Positions 42,542 to 52,935 of a stretch of 64,000 nt of DNA are shown piece after piece. The stretch covers positions 126,287 through 190,286 of the forward strand of contig CBDATR010000009.1 in the NCBI GenBank assembly GCA_965200155.1, given 5' to 3'. The notes under the pieces were generated by a model. It made no database searches and was not told where the DNA came from. It saw only the letters and a program-made list of their open reading frames with translations. The number at the start of each line of letters is the position of its first letter. The stretch's first letter is position 1. The position numbers and the translations under genes were made by a program. The DNA comes from Nitrosopumilaceae archaeon (lineage in GTDB: Archaea > Thermoproteota > Nitrososphaeria > Nitrososphaerales > Nitrosopumilaceae).

Positions 42542-42579
42542 AACAACATCAGGACACGGAGTGAGAAATTTAATCCTTA

Positions 42580-43131
42580 CTATGGGAGGCCTTTTTGCTT
42601 GTCATACGCGTAAATGCCGTCCAAAAAGACACGATGGTCCTTGTTCTTGATACGGGTACTCAACTGTATGTTGGCCACGGTCTGGGTTACGTCGGTCAGG
42701 ACGAATCCGGATACTACAACATCGTCGCCCTTGGGCTCTACCTTGACAGAGCCGCATATGTGCGCCTTGCGGGGGGCGCGTTCCCCCTGAAAATTCTCTA
42801 TAATGACAGTGTCACCCTGCGACTTTACGGTAATGGGAAAGTGTGCAAAGACTATCTTCATCTTTATGGTGTATCCGGTAACAACACCCTCGAACAGGTT
42901 TCGTATAAGAGAGCGAGCAGTATTTAGAATAGCAAAGTCCCGCTTGCGATTACCCACAGCCTTTAGGCTTACTTTATCATCATCGACGCTTATGTTCACC
43001 GGAATCTTGCGAAAACTCTTGATCGCCCTGCCCAAGGGGCCATTGACCAAAAGCATGTGCCGGTTTAGTGTTACAGATACACCCTCTGGGATGTCAACTC
43101 CGGTGACTAGTTTCTCCGGTCTAATAGGCAT
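42580..43131 (-). CDS. rpl6: Ribosomal protein uL6
   Basis: HFPI, NF.GE..PR, D.RVFLDGIY. Confidence 0.96.
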   Translation of the reverse strand: MPIRPEKLVTGVDIPEGVSVTLNRHMLLVNGPLGRAIKSFRKIPVNISVDDDKVSLKAVGNRKRDFAILNTARSLIRNLFEGVVTGYTIKMKIVFAHFPITVKSQGDTVIIENFQGERAPRKAHICGSVKVEPKGDDVVVSGFVLTDVTQTVANIQLSTRIKNKDHRVFLDGIYAYDKQKGLP

Positions 43132-43513
43132 ACCCTATCAGTAGCCCCCCAAGGCCTGACTCTGCAGCCTCACGATGTGACATGACACCCTGATTTGTGG
43201 TTACCAAGAGTATTCCCCGATTATACGAGGGAAGATACTGCTGCTCCCAGCGGGCATACTCTCCCTTTTTAACCTTAAAGTTGGGCGATATTGCTCCGCA
43301 CTTGGTTATCTTTGATCGTAACTTGATGTGGAATTTTCCGCCGCGCTTGTCGTCAATGTGTTCGTAGTCTCCAATGTAGTTGTACCTCTTTAGCGTCTCC
43401 AGTATCTTGGCGCCATACTTGGAGGTGGGTAGTATGGTGCACTCTCTTTTGCGTCGCACCTCGTTGTTGTATATGGTGACAAATATGTTTGCTATAACGT
43501 TGGTCGCGGGCAT
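43121..43513 (-). CDS. rps8: Ribosomal protein uS8
   Basis: CGAISP, TTNQGVMSH.EA. Confidence 0.96.
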   Translation of the reverse strand: MPATNVIANIFVTIYNNEVRRKRECTILPTSKYGAKILETLKRYNYIGDYEHIDDKRGGKFHIKLRSKITKCGAISPNFKVKKGEYARWEQQYLPSYNRGILLVTTNQGVMSHREAAESGLGGLLIGYAY

Positions 43514-43520
43514 TACATAA

Positions 43521-43697
43521 TCACCGGTATTTATTGAACCCCAAGGAAGTGGCTACCTCCCTAAAACATCGCCTACATAACATCAAGTCGTACTTTTGAA
43601 TGACCGCGGTATAATCACCACATCTCTTGCACCAGCGGGAGCCGCGCCCAAAGGTGTGTTTTTTGCGGCCGGTATACTCGTATGAACGATCCTTCAT
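43521..43697 (-). CDS. rps14: Ribosomal protein uS14 (58 aa, not in ORF track)
   Basis: GRGSRWCKRCG...LCRRCFREVA.SLGF.KY. Confidence 0.95.
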   Translation of the reverse strand: MKDRSYEYTGRKKHTFGRGSRWCKRCGDYTAVIQKYDLMLCRRCFREVATSLGFNKYR

Positions 43698-44200
43698 GAA
43701 ATGGTCACCCCAAATCGCTCCGACAGGTAATCCTGCGCTTCCTGCATTGTTATTATGTGAGATTTGCCGACGCGTGCCTTGTGCCGACTGCGCAATCGTA
43801 CGGAGAAGCCGGGCCTTGATAGGCTGACGCAGATATCCAGTCCCAATATGCCAATCTTTGGGTCATATTTCACACCAGGTATGTCAATGTGCTCCCGTAT
43901 TCCAAAGGAGTAATTACCAAAATTGTCAAAGGACTTCTTTTTTGCCATATTGCCCTTGGCCTCAAATAGGCGCCCCAGTAACTTGGCGGCATCATCATTA
44001 CGCAACGTTACCGCAATGCCTATGGGCTCGCCCTTCCTCACACCCCAGTCCCGCTGGGCGGATTTGGCGTTGCGGACCGAGGGGTTCTTGCCGGATATCT
44101 GTACCAGAGCCATTCTGGCTGTCTGAATGGCATCACCGGAGCGGCCAACGCCCATATTCAACACAACCTTTTCCAGCCGTATCTGCTTCATTACGTTCAT
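43694..44200 (-). CDS. rpl5: Ribosomal protein uL5
   Basis: EKVVLNMGVG, FGIREHID. Confidence 0.96.
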   Translation of the reverse strand: MNVMKQIRLEKVVLNMGVGRSGDAIQTARMALVQISGKNPSVRNAKSAQRDWGVRKGEPIGIAVTLRNDDAAKLLGRLFEAKGNMAKKKSFDNFGNYSFGIREHIDIPGVKYDPKIGILGLDICVSLSRPGFSVRLRSRHKARVGKSHIITMQEAQDYLSERFGVTIS

Positions 44201-44919
44201 GACGCGCTCACCTTGATTACCGGGTTATCCGGCCCCGTAACCATTATGGCATCGGTGGGTATCTCAATACTCCTTTTGCCCAAGGACATCAGGACGCGCC
44301 GGGGTAGTATAAACGTGCCCGGTATGATATTGATTACACTGCCCGACTGTCCTGCATTGGCGCCCTTTATGACCAGCGCCTGGCATTCAGTACTCAGGGG
44401 AATAACTTCTAGTATGTTCTGGGAGGGAACCTCCAGCAGGCAACTGTCACCCACCCGGGCATCCACATCGGTTATGATGGTGCGACCATCGTGCAATCCC
44501 AACGCTGTACGTCCACCCTTTATGGTAACCTTGCTGGTGACCTTGGCCAGCTTCTTTGTGATCTCGTCTTTTGGTATGGGCAGAGGTTGCAACAGCTTTC
44601 CCCGCAGGGGGACCATACGGTATGCTTCCGAGACGTTGGATAGCTCCACAACATCCATGAGCCCGATGCCGTGATGCAGTGATTTTCGTATGACGCCGTC
44701 AACCCGAACCGCTCCGCTGTATATGGCTACCTTGGCCTCCCGGAGGGTATACGCCACTTGAAGCATATCCCGCAGGAATACCGCAGACGGTATTGAGCGG
44801 AACTTGGGATGGGGGCCGGGCCTTGTCGCTACCACGAATCTCTTGTTCTTGCGTGTTATGCCCCAGAAGGTAGGTGCCATCTGCCGCTTTAGCTTCTTGC
44901 TACCGGATATGCTGGTCAT
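44197..44919 (-). CDS. rps4e: Ribosomal protein eS4
   Basis: LKRQMAP, PGPH, LHDGR. Confidence 0.95.
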   Translation of the reverse strand: MTSISGSKKLKRQMAPTFWGITRKNKRFVVATRPGPHPKFRSIPSAVFLRDMLQVAYTLREAKVAIYSGAVRVDGVIRKSLHHGIGLMDVVELSNVSEAYRMVPLRGKLLQPLPIPKDEITKKLAKVTSKVTIKGGRTALGLHDGRTIITDVDARVGDSCLLEVPSQNILEVIPLSTECQALVIKGANAGQSGSVINIIPGTFILPRRVLMSLGKRSIEIPTDAIMVTGPDNPVIKVSAS

Positions 44920-45311
44920 TGCTCTTTGGCATCCTCCCGGTTATTTTTATTATCCGAATTACCATTACCCAAGTCATGTATCTTTTTGTCCCGCCTCTTG
45001 TCGGATCTGTTCAGGTCGGTTATGAGTATGTTTGAGGGGTGTATGTATATGTCATAGCGTTCACCGGCCAGCTTCTCCTGTTTGGTACCGGCGACCACTA
45101 CACCGCGTCCAGGAGATACGGACTCTACCTTTCCGGTCACATTCTTGTACACACCCCTGGTTATTCGTACTGTGTCGCCGGGAACTATTCGTATGCTCCT
45201 AAAGTTATACTGTTTGCGCAGTTCCGCGGAGAGATGACCGGCCATCATCTTGCTACGCAGATTCTTTGTAGGATGATGTATTGTGCGGTTACGTATCGTG
45301 GAGGGCTTCAT
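44916..45311 (-). CDS. rpl24: Ribosomal protein uL24
   Basis: LS.ELR..Y..RS, GD.V...RG, IHPSN. Confidence 0.95.
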   Translation of the reverse strand: MKPSTIRNRTIHHPTKNLRSKMMAGHLSAELRKQYNFRSIRIVPGDTVRITRGVYKNVTGKVESVSPGRGVVVAGTKQEKLAGERYDIYIHPSNILITDLNRSDKRRDKKIHDLGNGNSDNKNNREDAKEQ

Positions 45312-45312
45312 A

Positions 45313-45735
45313 CTATATCACCGTCGATGCCACATTGGCTATACGTGGCCATTTCTCTGAGGCCTCCGCGGCTACCGGCCCCTTGATTCCTGTCCCCTTC
45401 ATCTCGCCCTCCGCCGACACTATCACCGCCGCGTTATCCTCAAAGCAGACCCGTATACCGTTTAGCCTGCGCACAGGATACTTTTGCCTAACGATAACGG
45501 CGCCATGCACCTGCTTGCGTAATTCTGCCGGACCCTTCTTTACCACTACATTACAATAGTCGCCAACGGCCGCCGCGGGCAGGCGGGAGACACGGGTCTT
45601 TGTCTTGTGAACCATTACAACTTCCAGAATCTTGGCGCCTGAGTTATCGGCGCATGTTATTTGGGCACCTACAGGAATGGACCTTGTTACATATGGACGG
45701 AATTCCTCTACGCCCTTGCCCGGTTGTTTTGCCAT
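45313..45735 (-). CDS. rpl14: Ribosomal protein uL14
   Basis: CADNSGAK, FEDNAAV. Confidence 0.97.
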   Translation of the reverse strand: MAKQPGKGVEEFRPYVTRSIPVGAQITCADNSGAKILEVVMVHKTKTRVSRLPAAAVGDYCNVVVKKGPAELRKQVHGAVIVRQKYPVRRLNGIRVCFEDNAAVIVSAEGEMKGTGIKGPVAAEASEKWPRIANVASTVI

Positions 45736-45736
45736 G

Positions 45737-46051
45737 CTATTGCTTCACCTGCACCACCACAAAGGATACGGATTTTGCCAGCGGTCTACATTCGGCCGCA
45801 AGCACGATATTGCCTTCTGTCACATCCAAACAGTCGGGGACATGGGCGTGTATCGTACTCTTGCTACGGGCATATCGCTTAAACTTGCCAATGTATACTG
45901 GAGACTCCCGCTGTATGGTTACAGTCTGTCTTGCCCTGGCACCGGAGACCTTGCCCTCGAATAGCTTGCCACGCACGGGGAGGTTACCGCAGAAGGGACA
46001 GTTCTTGCCAGAACACGGACGAGTGGGCTCTGGTACATCAATACCAATCAT
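45737..46051 (-). CDS. rps17: Ribosomal protein uS17
   Basis: CPFCG.L.VRG, ECRPLAKS. Confidence 0.96.
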   Translation of the reverse strand: MIGIDVPEPTRPCSGKNCPFCGNLPVRGKLFEGKVSGARARQTVTIQRESPVYIGKFKRYARSKSTIHAHVPDCLDVTEGNIVLAAECRPLAKSVSFVVVQVKQ

Positions 46052-46290
46052 GGGACATCCAGCCTCTCATGGAATCGTCTCTTTATATCGGTACCCTTGA
46101 TAGATTCTACCTCACCTTTGTACTTGACTTGCCACGTATTGATATCTTTGGGTAACATTTTGGATCCGGATGCAGTCTGGATAATCAGCATATTCCTGGT
46201 CTCGTTTAGTACGGTGCCGGCTAATCCTACCAAAGCGGCATTGGATGACGCGCTTATGGTTACATAACTGCCTATCATGGAGGGTATCAT
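46048..46290 (-). CDS. rnp1: RNase P protein Rpp29
   Basis: G..G.V..ETRNM; conserved operon position. Confidence 0.85.
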   Translation of the reverse strand: MIPSMIGSYVTISASSNAALVGLAGTVLNETRNMLIIQTASGSKMLPKDINTWQVKYKGEVESIKGTDIKRRFHERLDVP

Positions 46291-46490
46291 TTCTTTTTCA
46301 GCTCCGATTGGCAGGTAAGCATTCGTGCAATATCCCGGCGCATGGGTCGTATCTTGCCGTGCTCCTTTCTTAGTGTACCCTTGGCCTGGCTTATGCGCAA
46401 CTTGGTGAGCTCGTTGCGCATCTGCTGTATACGTTCAGCCAAGGTCTTTTCATCCATGGCCCTAATACTTTCCATGGCCTTGCGGTTCAC
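46287..46490 (-). CDS. rpl29: Ribosomal protein uL29
   Basis: IR..RRDIAR.LT. Confidence 0.92.
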   Translation of the reverse strand: MNRKAMESIRAMDEKTLAERIQQMRNELTKLRISQAKGTLRKEHGKIRPMRRDIARMLTCQSELKKK

Positions 46491-47116
46491 TGCTCTGCCT
46501 CCTTGTCTGGTTTTCCGTCTTTTGCGGACTCGGTCATTGTAAACTCCGGGACAAACTTCTCCTTGTGTGCTATGCGAATACGTATGCCTATCAGCCCCAT
46601 GGGTGTTTGTACATGGGCTATATCCTCATCCACGATAACCTGTGCATGGTGTCCTGCCCGGGGAAGTATGCCCGCGGTGTGTTTCTCGAAGGATGAGCGG
46701 TCTCCCCTAAGTTTTCCGGACACCGTAATTTGTACACCCATGGCACCGGATTCCATTACCTGACGCAGAGTCCACATGGTGGCTCGTCTAAACGCGGTTC
46801 CCCGCTCTATATGACTTGCCATCCTGCCGCACATCACATTGGGCGAGAGTTCCGGCTTGGCTATCTCCTCTACCCGTATCTGCGGATTCTTGTAGTCAAA
46901 GTTTGACTCCAGCTGTTCTGTGAGTGCCCTTATGACTGAGCCCTTCCTTCCAATTACAAGGCCGGGACGTACCACATATACTGATACACGGGTTCCGGTT
47001 GGTTGCTTTTGTATGTCAAAGTGGCTGAAACCGGCATCCTTTATCTCCTTACGCAGGTAGTCGCGTAACAGCATCATGTTGTAGTTGTCATGGATCATCT
47101 TCTTTACGGTAGACAT
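46487..47116 (-). CDS. rps3: Ribosomal protein uS3
   Basis: [12 protein letters not shown] domain, SGKL. Confidence 0.96.
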   Translation of the reverse strand: MSTVKKMIHDNYNMMLLRDYLRKEIKDAGFSHFDIQKQPTGTRVSVYVVRPGLVIGRKGSVIRALTEQLESNFDYKNPQIRVEEIAKPELSPNVMCGRMASHIERGTAFRRATMWTLRQVMESGAMGVQITVSGKLRGDRSSFEKHTAGILPRAGHHAQVIVDEDIAHVQTPMGLIGIRIRIAHKEKFVPEFTMTESAKDGKPDKEAEQ

Positions 47117-47118
47117 GT

Positions 47119-47586
47119 CTAGTACTCCTGGGCCACGGCCTCCACGTGAACTCGCGCATCATTCTTGGGTGTAGCCCTGCCCTGGGCGCGCGGTATGAAG
47201 CGTTTTACTATTATCCCCTTGTGGACGGTCACATTTACTATCTTGAGTCTATCCAGATCCAGTCCCTTGTACTCAGCGTTGGACTCAAGACTTACAAGTA
47301 GATTTAGTATCTCCAGGGCAGCTTTTTGCGGGTAGCGGCCCGCCATGACTCCGGGATCCGAGCGATGACCCACCTGGTTCTTGTAACGCTTGAAGGGAAC
47401 TGCACTCTCCTTGTTTATCACCCGGTTCAGATAATCCTGTGCCGATTCCAGATTCATGCCCTTTATGGCGTGGCCTATCTCTCGGGCATGCTTGTGTGAT
47501 ATGGACTTTTCCCGTATGGAAGCTCGGGCGTGATTGATGCTGTCATAATATTGGTATGCATATTTGAATCGGGACATAACAATCAC
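47119..47586 (-). CDS. rpl22: Ribosomal protein uL22
   Basis: GRYPQKA, NAEYKGL, PRAQGRA. Confidence 0.96.
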   Translation of the reverse strand: MIVMSRFKYAYQYYDSINHARASIREKSISHKHAREIGHAIKGMNLESAQDYLNRVINKESAVPFKRYKNQVGHRSDPGVMAGRYPQKAALEILNLLVSLESNAEYKGLDLDRLKIVNVTVHKGIIVKRFIPRAQGRATPKNDARVHVEAVAQEY

Positions 47587-47990
47587 TTTAGCGGCACATA
47601 CAGGCTGGATCTTGATGCCCCCACTCCCGGAGAACCGTGTGTTACCCTCTTGTTTGTAATTACATACTCGCCTATGTATCGTCCTATCATCTCCGGTACT
47701 ACCTCAACCGGAACAAACTCCTTTCCAGAGTATACCTGAATTGTAAGGCCCACCTGATAGGGCATTATAATCAAGTCACGCATATGCGTCTTTATGACAC
47801 CGCTCTTCTTGCCCGCCTTTGTGGCCTTGATCTTTTCGATTAGTTTGCGACGATCATCGGTTATGCCATTGGATATGTATCGCCTCAGCGTACGTCTTTG
47901 CCTAGAGTTGAATAGTGCCAACTGACGATCCAGTGGCATCCTACCCAGATCCTTCAGTGGTATTCCACGATACTCGAACTTCTTAACCAT
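47583..47990 (-). CDS. rps19: Ribosomal protein uS19
   Basis: KTH.RD, HG.PGVGASRSS. Confidence 0.96.
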   Translation of the reverse strand: MVKKFEYRGIPLKDLGRMPLDRQLALFNSRQRRTLRRYISNGITDDRRKLIEKIKATKAGKKSGVIKTHMRDLIIMPYQVGLTIQVYSGKEFVPVEVVPEMIGRYIGEYVITNKRVTHGSPGVGASRSSLYVPLK

Positions 47991-48016
47991 ACTGTACGCC
48001 TACCTTGTCGTCCATA

Positions 48017-48331
48017 TTATAGCATTCCTATATTGGTGGCGAGATCCTGGGCCCGGCTAACATTCTCCATCTTGACAAAGGCCTTCTTGCCATATATGGT
48101 ACGGGTGGTATTTACCTTCAACACCTTCTCCTTGTATAAGACAGAGACCGCCTTGCTTATCTGAGCCTTTGATGCGTCATCAGATACGATGAAGCATATT
48201 GTGCCGTGCGTCTCCACTAATTCGAATGTACGCTCTGTGATATGCGGTTTCAGTATAACGCGATGGGCACGATCCGCACTCATAACAATATTCCTGTCTG
48301 CCCTGGTCACTTGCGGCTTTCGCTTGATCAA
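48017..48331 (-). CDS. rpl23: Ribosomal protein uL23
   Basis: P.ITE, VNT, KKAFV. Confidence 0.93.
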   Translation of the reverse strand: MIKRKPQVTRADRNIVMSADRAHRVILKPHITERTFELVETHGTICFIVSDDASKAQISKAVSVLYKEKVLKVNTTRTIYGKKAFVKMENVSRAQDLATNIGML

Positions 48332-49140
48332 TTCATCATCTCCGAAATGCCCATATGTGTGGAGTGAATGGAACCCAAGCCCGCTAGTGCACTCTGCGAG
48401 TAAATGACCAACCGGGACGGAGTGGCTCCCGGGGCCATATCAAGGACGCTTATTTCCGAGGGTATCCGCACCTCTACTCCGGGAATGGAACCGCAAGCCT
48501 TGGTCAGAGCGGCGCCGTTAGATACAACAAACAGAATGCTCTTGCCCCTCTTTTTGCCCCGTCCCCGTAGCGCTGACTTGCCGGTACGGCTACGCCTGGA
48601 CTCCAGCCGCTCCACATCACCGTATAGGCCCAGTGATTCCAGCAGATGTATGACTTGCCGGGCTGTACGCATATCTTCCACGCTATCCTGGACTACTACG
48701 GGAAATGTCTCAATACTGCCTGTCCTGTGTCCCCGACCACGTATTACATCTGCCATGGCTGTTCCGGCTATTGCAGAGCACAGTGCCAGTCTATTCTCTT
48801 TTTTGTTTAATCTCTTCCAAATAACTTTGAATGCCGTGGGAGGGTGTGCCTGTCGACCGCCCCGTACTGACGCTACGCCACCGGCTTGCCCGGATCGGCC
48901 TCCGCCGCCACCCTTCATCTTTGCTATACGGGATCTGCCACGACCGGTGGGTGGATCATCAGAGCGTGCCACTACATCCATGCCAGCGGTAGGATGCCTG
49001 CCCTGAGGCTGGTGCCGGTGGGAGTCCAGATTTACAAAAGCCTTGTGTATCATATCCCTCCGGAAAGGGGTATCAAATACTGGCGGCAGCTGGACAGTAT
49101 CGCGCTCTACACCTTCCAGGTCATATACGGGGACTTTCAT
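48328..49140 (-). CDS. rpl4: Ribosomal protein uL4
   Basis: GGR.AHPP, NKKE, LDMAPG. Confidence 0.96.
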   Translation of the reverse strand: MKVPVYDLEGVERDTVQLPPVFDTPFRRDMIHKAFVNLDSHRHQPQGRHPTAGMDVVARSDDPPTGRGRSRIAKMKGGGGGRSGQAGGVASVRGGRQAHPPTAFKVIWKRLNKKENRLALCSAIAGTAMADVIRGRGHRTGSIETFPVVVQDSVEDMRTARQVIHLLESLGLYGDVERLESRRSRTGKSALRGRGKKRGKSILFVVSNGAALTKACGSIPGVEVRIPSEISVLDMAPGATPSRLVIYSQSALAGLGSIHSTHMGISEMMN

Positions 49141-50123
49141 GCTGCTACCTCCAGTATGCGGGGCTCAGATATGCGCGCAGGTCTGTTTCGTATCTGGGCC
49201 CGCATCTTTACCAGTCTTCTGTATGTACCGGGCACTGACCCCATGAGTATGATATACTCACCCTTTACCTGGCCAAAGTGCTTAAAGCCACCCGGCGGGT
49301 TAACCGTTGCACCATCATTGGCATCCCCCATTATCATTATGCGCTTGTTGTACTCCACTCTCTGGTGGAAACCCATCTGTCCCGCTCGGGGTACAGTATA
49401 CATGACATACTGGGGAGATATGGGACCCAGACTGCCAAGCTCACGAACGGTCTTTCGGGATTTGTGCTGTTTCCGCTTGGCGCCATATCGCTTTATCACT
49501 CCTTGCCATCCCTTGCCCTTTGTTATGGCGGCCACATCCACCGCGGCCCCTGTCTTGAAGACATCACCTATGCTTATGGTTTTACCCAGAAGATCCGCTA
49601 CAAACTGAGCCTGGGCCGCTATGTCACCGCCGTCTATGGGCGCCTCGAATATGTAGGGCTTCTTTTGCGACAGCCCGGCATCCTGTGGAATAACTGCCAG
49701 AATGGAGCATATGCGCCGTATGCCAGTCAGGTCCTGCGCCTTTTTTGCCGCATCCTCACCGGTCTTGAGTGTTATCCTTCTGGTTATCTTCTTGGGAAGT
49801 TCATCAGCATACAGGTCAAACTGCGCATGATAGCCGTTATTGTCCTTGGAGTAGCCGCGCATGCCCACCACCGTGGCTGGTGGCGTGGCTATTACCGTAC
49901 CCATGCTTACCAACTGCTTTCCCGCATTTGGTGTCTTGTCTCTATCGTCTATACTTACCACTTGCAGGCATCCTGCCTTGAAACCACAGTGTACCTGCAT
50001 GTGTGGCTCTGAGTCCCCGGATTCAGGATACCCCCGTATGCGCGCCTCCATGCTCTTTGCCCTGCCCCGTGGCAGGTATGCCAGACTACCCCGCCGTGGC
50101 TGACTGTGCTTTCTATGTCCCAT
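49137..50123 (-). CDS. rpl3: Ribosomal protein uL3
   Basis: PRRGSL, TKGKG.QG, AGQMGFHQR. Confidence 0.97.
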   Translation of the reverse strand: MGHRKHSQPRRGSLAYLPRGRAKSMEARIRGYPESGDSEPHMQVHCGFKAGCLQVVSIDDRDKTPNAGKQLVSMGTVIATPPATVVGMRGYSKDNNGYHAQFDLYADELPKKITRRITLKTGEDAAKKAQDLTGIRRICSILAVIPQDAGLSQKKPYIFEAPIDGGDIAAQAQFVADLLGKTISIGDVFKTGAAVDVAAITKGKGWQGVIKRYGAKRKQHKSRKTVRELGSLGPISPQYVMYTVPRAGQMGFHQRVEYNKRIMIMGDANDGATVNPPGGFKHFGQVKGEYIILMGSVPGTYRRLVKMRAQIRNRPARISEPRILEVAA

Positions 50124-50196
50124 TGTATTGCATAAAATTTTTTCCCCGTCTTATATATGGTATGTTTTGTGCATATGGTCTATGGGCGTATTATGC

Positions 50197-50295
50197 GTAT
50201 GAGTTCACGTCTTCCGGAATCTTATGCACAAATCACATTAACTGGTAACCGGTTCTATCAGTTATGCGTAAATTTAGACACAGGTGAACTCATAC
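50197..50295. mobile_element. MITE-A 99-bp variant upstream of rpl3
   Basis: TIRs; eroded TSD TATTATGC/TACTATAC. Confidence 0.92.
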
Positions 50296-50403
50296 TACTA
50301 TACACCTATGGCATTATTCCCTGTATGGCTGAGAGTATACTTATTCCCCCGATAGCCACACCCATGGCTCCCACCAGCATGCATATTACAAGAAAGCGCC
50401 TGT

Positions 50404-51204
50404 TCATTGTGACATATGCTCCTGCATGTTCAATATAGATAGCGTCCCCAATATTGCCTCTTCCAGTCGTATGGTTCGCGTGTTTTGGTGCGGAAAGAAA
50501 TTCAGTAGTGAAACATCCCGTCCTGCGATGGTACCACCGGAAATCTCCCTCACTTCCCGCTGTGGAGAGCCAAAGACAATTAGTGTATCGGACTGGGCAG
50601 CCAGGTGTCTTGCAGTGCGGGACGGAATTGCCATCTTCCCCTGCCTGGTGGTTACGATAATTCCCCCACTCCACTCCCGCAGCAGGTGGCGTATATCGGA
50701 TCTCTCCTTGACGGCATATCCCCAGTATGTGGTAGTGTTATCTATGGGTACTGCCTCCATGTTCTGCTGGTTCATCCTGAATCTTACCGTTGTACGGCCG
50801 CTGCGACGATCTCCATGAAGACGCACCAGCTGCTTGAGTCCCACATCCACATACTGTTTTCCCCGTACGGTGACGGCCAGTCCTTCCCGGATATCACCAT
50901 CTTTTATCTTGGATGTGTCTGTTTGGTGGCTTGGTATTCCCAATGGTTGCAGTATCCCCGCAAACTTTAGCTCGTCTATACGGGGGAATAATCGCCGACG
51001 CAGGAACTGAGGCGTCTCCATGTATCTCAGAATGGTAACTAAAAGTGAACGGTCTTCTGGGTTCTTGCCGTCGCGATACACGAATATGGTATGTATCCCA
51101 AATATGGACGCGGACCGGCCTATGCTGGATACCTTTCTGGACTTGTTTATCTTTGTGGATTCGTCAGACAGCGCCGAGTCCGGTATCGCCAGCGAGAGGC
51201 GCAC
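50404..51204 (-). CDS. SPOUT RNA methyltransferase (DUF171-like)
   Basis: Y.ETPQFLR, YWGY, VFGSP, QNTRTIRLEEA. Confidence 0.88.
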   Translation of the reverse strand: MRLSLAIPDSALSDESTKINKSRKVSSIGRSASIFGIHTIFVYRDGKNPEDRSLLVTILRYMETPQFLRRRLFPRIDELKFAGILQPLGIPSHQTDTSKIKDGDIREGLAVTVRGKQYVDVGLKQLVRLHGDRRSGRTTVRFRMNQQNMEAVPIDNTTTYWGYAVKERSDIRHLLREWSGGIIVTTRQGKMAIPSRTARHLAAQSDTLIVFGSPQREVREISGGTIAGRDVSLLNFFPHQNTRTIRLEEAILGTLSILNMQEHMSQ

Positions 51205-51210
51205 TTGATA

Positions 51211-51939
51211 TCATTCCGCGGGGAAGTACTTTGCTATTGCGGCCTCGTTATATTTGACCACATCTTGCTGGCTGACATCCCCATATGTGCCATTTCTGAT
51301 ACGCGCCATTCTCATATGCTCACTATATTTCGGGTTGTTAACGGCCTTTATTATGGCGGCGATAGCCAGTATCGATGCGTCCTCCAGTGTTATGTCTTTA
51401 TGGTAGTTCTCTTCCAGAAATTTAGACACACGATCTGAGCCGGATCCTATGGATACTGCATCATACTCGATGTATGCCCCACTGGGGCCGGTCTCGAAGA
51501 TGTGCGGACCATCCTTGTTGACACCACCTAGTATGAGAGAGACACCAAATGGCCTCACTCCCGCATACTGCGTAAACTGCTGGCATTGATCCGCGAGATG
51601 CTTTGCCACTGCTTCCACATGTACGCTCTCGTCGTATATGAGACGGTTGCTCTGTGAAAAGAACCGGGCGTTGTCTACCTGGCTGCGGGCGTCAGGAATG
51701 TACCCCGCCGCAACTACGCCTATGTGATCATCTATCTTGAATACCTTTTGTGATGCATCTGTTATCTGCAACCTGCTAAAACGCTCCTCGACGGCCATTA
51801 CTACACCGTCCGCGGCCTTTATCCCCACTGCCACCTTGCCACGCTTTACGGTCTCCTCGGCATATTCCACCTGGTACAGCTTGCCATCGGGCGAGAATAC
51901 CGTGATGGCTCTGTCATATCCCTGTTGCGCCGGAAGCAT
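51211..51939 (-). CDS. psmA: Proteasome alpha subunit
   Basis: YDRAITVFSPDG.LYQVEYA. Confidence 0.97.
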   Translation of the reverse strand: MLPAQQGYDRAITVFSPDGKLYQVEYAEETVKRGKVAVGIKAADGVVMAVEERFSRLQITDASQKVFKIDDHIGVVAAGYIPDARSQVDNARFFSQSNRLIYDESVHVEAVAKHLADQCQQFTQYAGVRPFGVSLILGGVNKDGPHIFETGPSGAYIEYDAVSIGSGSDRVSKFLEENYHKDITLEDASILAIAAIIKAVNNPKYSEHMRMARIRNGTYGDVSQQDVVKYNEAAIAKYFPAE

Positions 51940-51971
51940 TAGGGATCAGCATCTTAAGATTAATTTAAGTT

Positions 51972-52403
51972 ATGCAGTCGTCTTTGTGTCAGATGTACAG
52001 TATATCTTTCTGCGGGCACCACAACGTGCGCGCCACCCATGGCACCACCACGGAGATAACCACGGAGAAGTCGCTCACTCCCCGGGGCGATTGCATAGTA
52101 GGGGTAGGTGCGTCTTCCGGGTGTGCAGGTCTGCCCGCGGACATAAAGAGAGCCTTGCGGGACAGGAATGTCGTAGTTCGTGTAGATATTGTAGTGGGTA
52201 GCAGAACTTTCACCATAAATGGTAGGGGAGACCCGCACCTCACGCTGGAGCATCCGGATGATATAGTGATACGAAAGAGCGGTTTTGTTTGCCCCAGGAC
52301 ACTGGCGGTACACTGCGACGCGGCAGCCAACGATATGCCCCGGGACATGACAGAGTGTTTGCAGAAAGGGCAGGGTGGAGTATTGCACCTTAGCGTCTCA
52401 TAG
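51972..52403 (+). CDS. DUF371 family protein
   Basis: GH.NVRATH.TT.EIT, GDCI, VIRKS. Confidence 0.88.
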   Translation: MQSSLCQMYSISFCGHHNVRATHGTTTEITTEKSLTPRGDCIVGVGASSGCAGLPADIKRALRDRNVVVRVDIVVGSRTFTINGRGDPHLTLEHPDDIVIRKSGFVCPRTLAVHCDAAANDMPRDMTECLQKGQGGVLHLSVS

Positions 52404-52439
52404 ATTCGAATTTATACGCAAAAAGCAACATTGTATACC

Positions 52440-52562
52440 ATGGGACTAAAGACCAAGGTGTTTGTCGTACTCCCGCTTATAGTATTTGGCGTAATTATAT
52501 TCGGTTTTGCCGTTTATAACACCGTATGCAAGAACTCCAGTCTGTCCCCGCTGAACTGCTAA
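52440..52562 (+). CDS. 40-aa single-TM peptide
   Basis: MGLKTKVFVVLPLIVFGVIIFGFAVYNTVCKNSSLSPLNC after a TTTATA box. Confidence 0.5.
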   Translation: MGLKTKVFVVLPLIVFGVIIFGFAVYNTVCKNSSLSPLNC

Positions 52563-52601
52563 GACACCCCTTTCATATATGAGGCATATTATTACAAATT
52601 C

Positions 52602-52934
52602 GTGTCCGCAAGTAAGGATTCATTAAGTCCGCCTCAGGATGCCAGCACGCAAGATATACAGTTATTGCAGAAATACCTCAGCGAGATGCCCATACATATA
52701 GTGCTGGGCGGTCTGGAGTTTGCCCGTAATCGGTGGCGGCTACAGGACTCAGGTACCCTGAATGTGGGACGCAAGGGCGTAGTGAACGGCGAGGTTGAAA
52801 TGGTAACGGCCGAGCAGGCACGCTGGCGGCTGAGCCACTGGAAGATTATGATAGCAAACTACCGCCAGCAGGGGTACAGCTATCCCACCATATCCCGAAT
52901 TAAAAAGCGCCTAATCCAACTGGCCAGTGACTAA
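52602..52934 (+). CDS. Hypothetical protein
   Basis: 110-aa ORF with upstream TATA; C-terminal GYSYPTISR. Confidence 0.65.
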   Translation: MSASKDSLSPPQDASTQDIQLLQKYLSEMPIHIVLGGLEFARNRWRLQDSGTLNVGRKGVVNGEVEMVTAEQARWRLSHWKIMIANYRQQGYSYPTISRIKKRLIQLASD

Positions 52935-52935
52935 A

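Noticed and set aside
42580-50123. Absence of uL2 and operon ending after uL6
   Set aside because: Split ribosomal superoperons are common in archaea and, as I recall, in this lineage.
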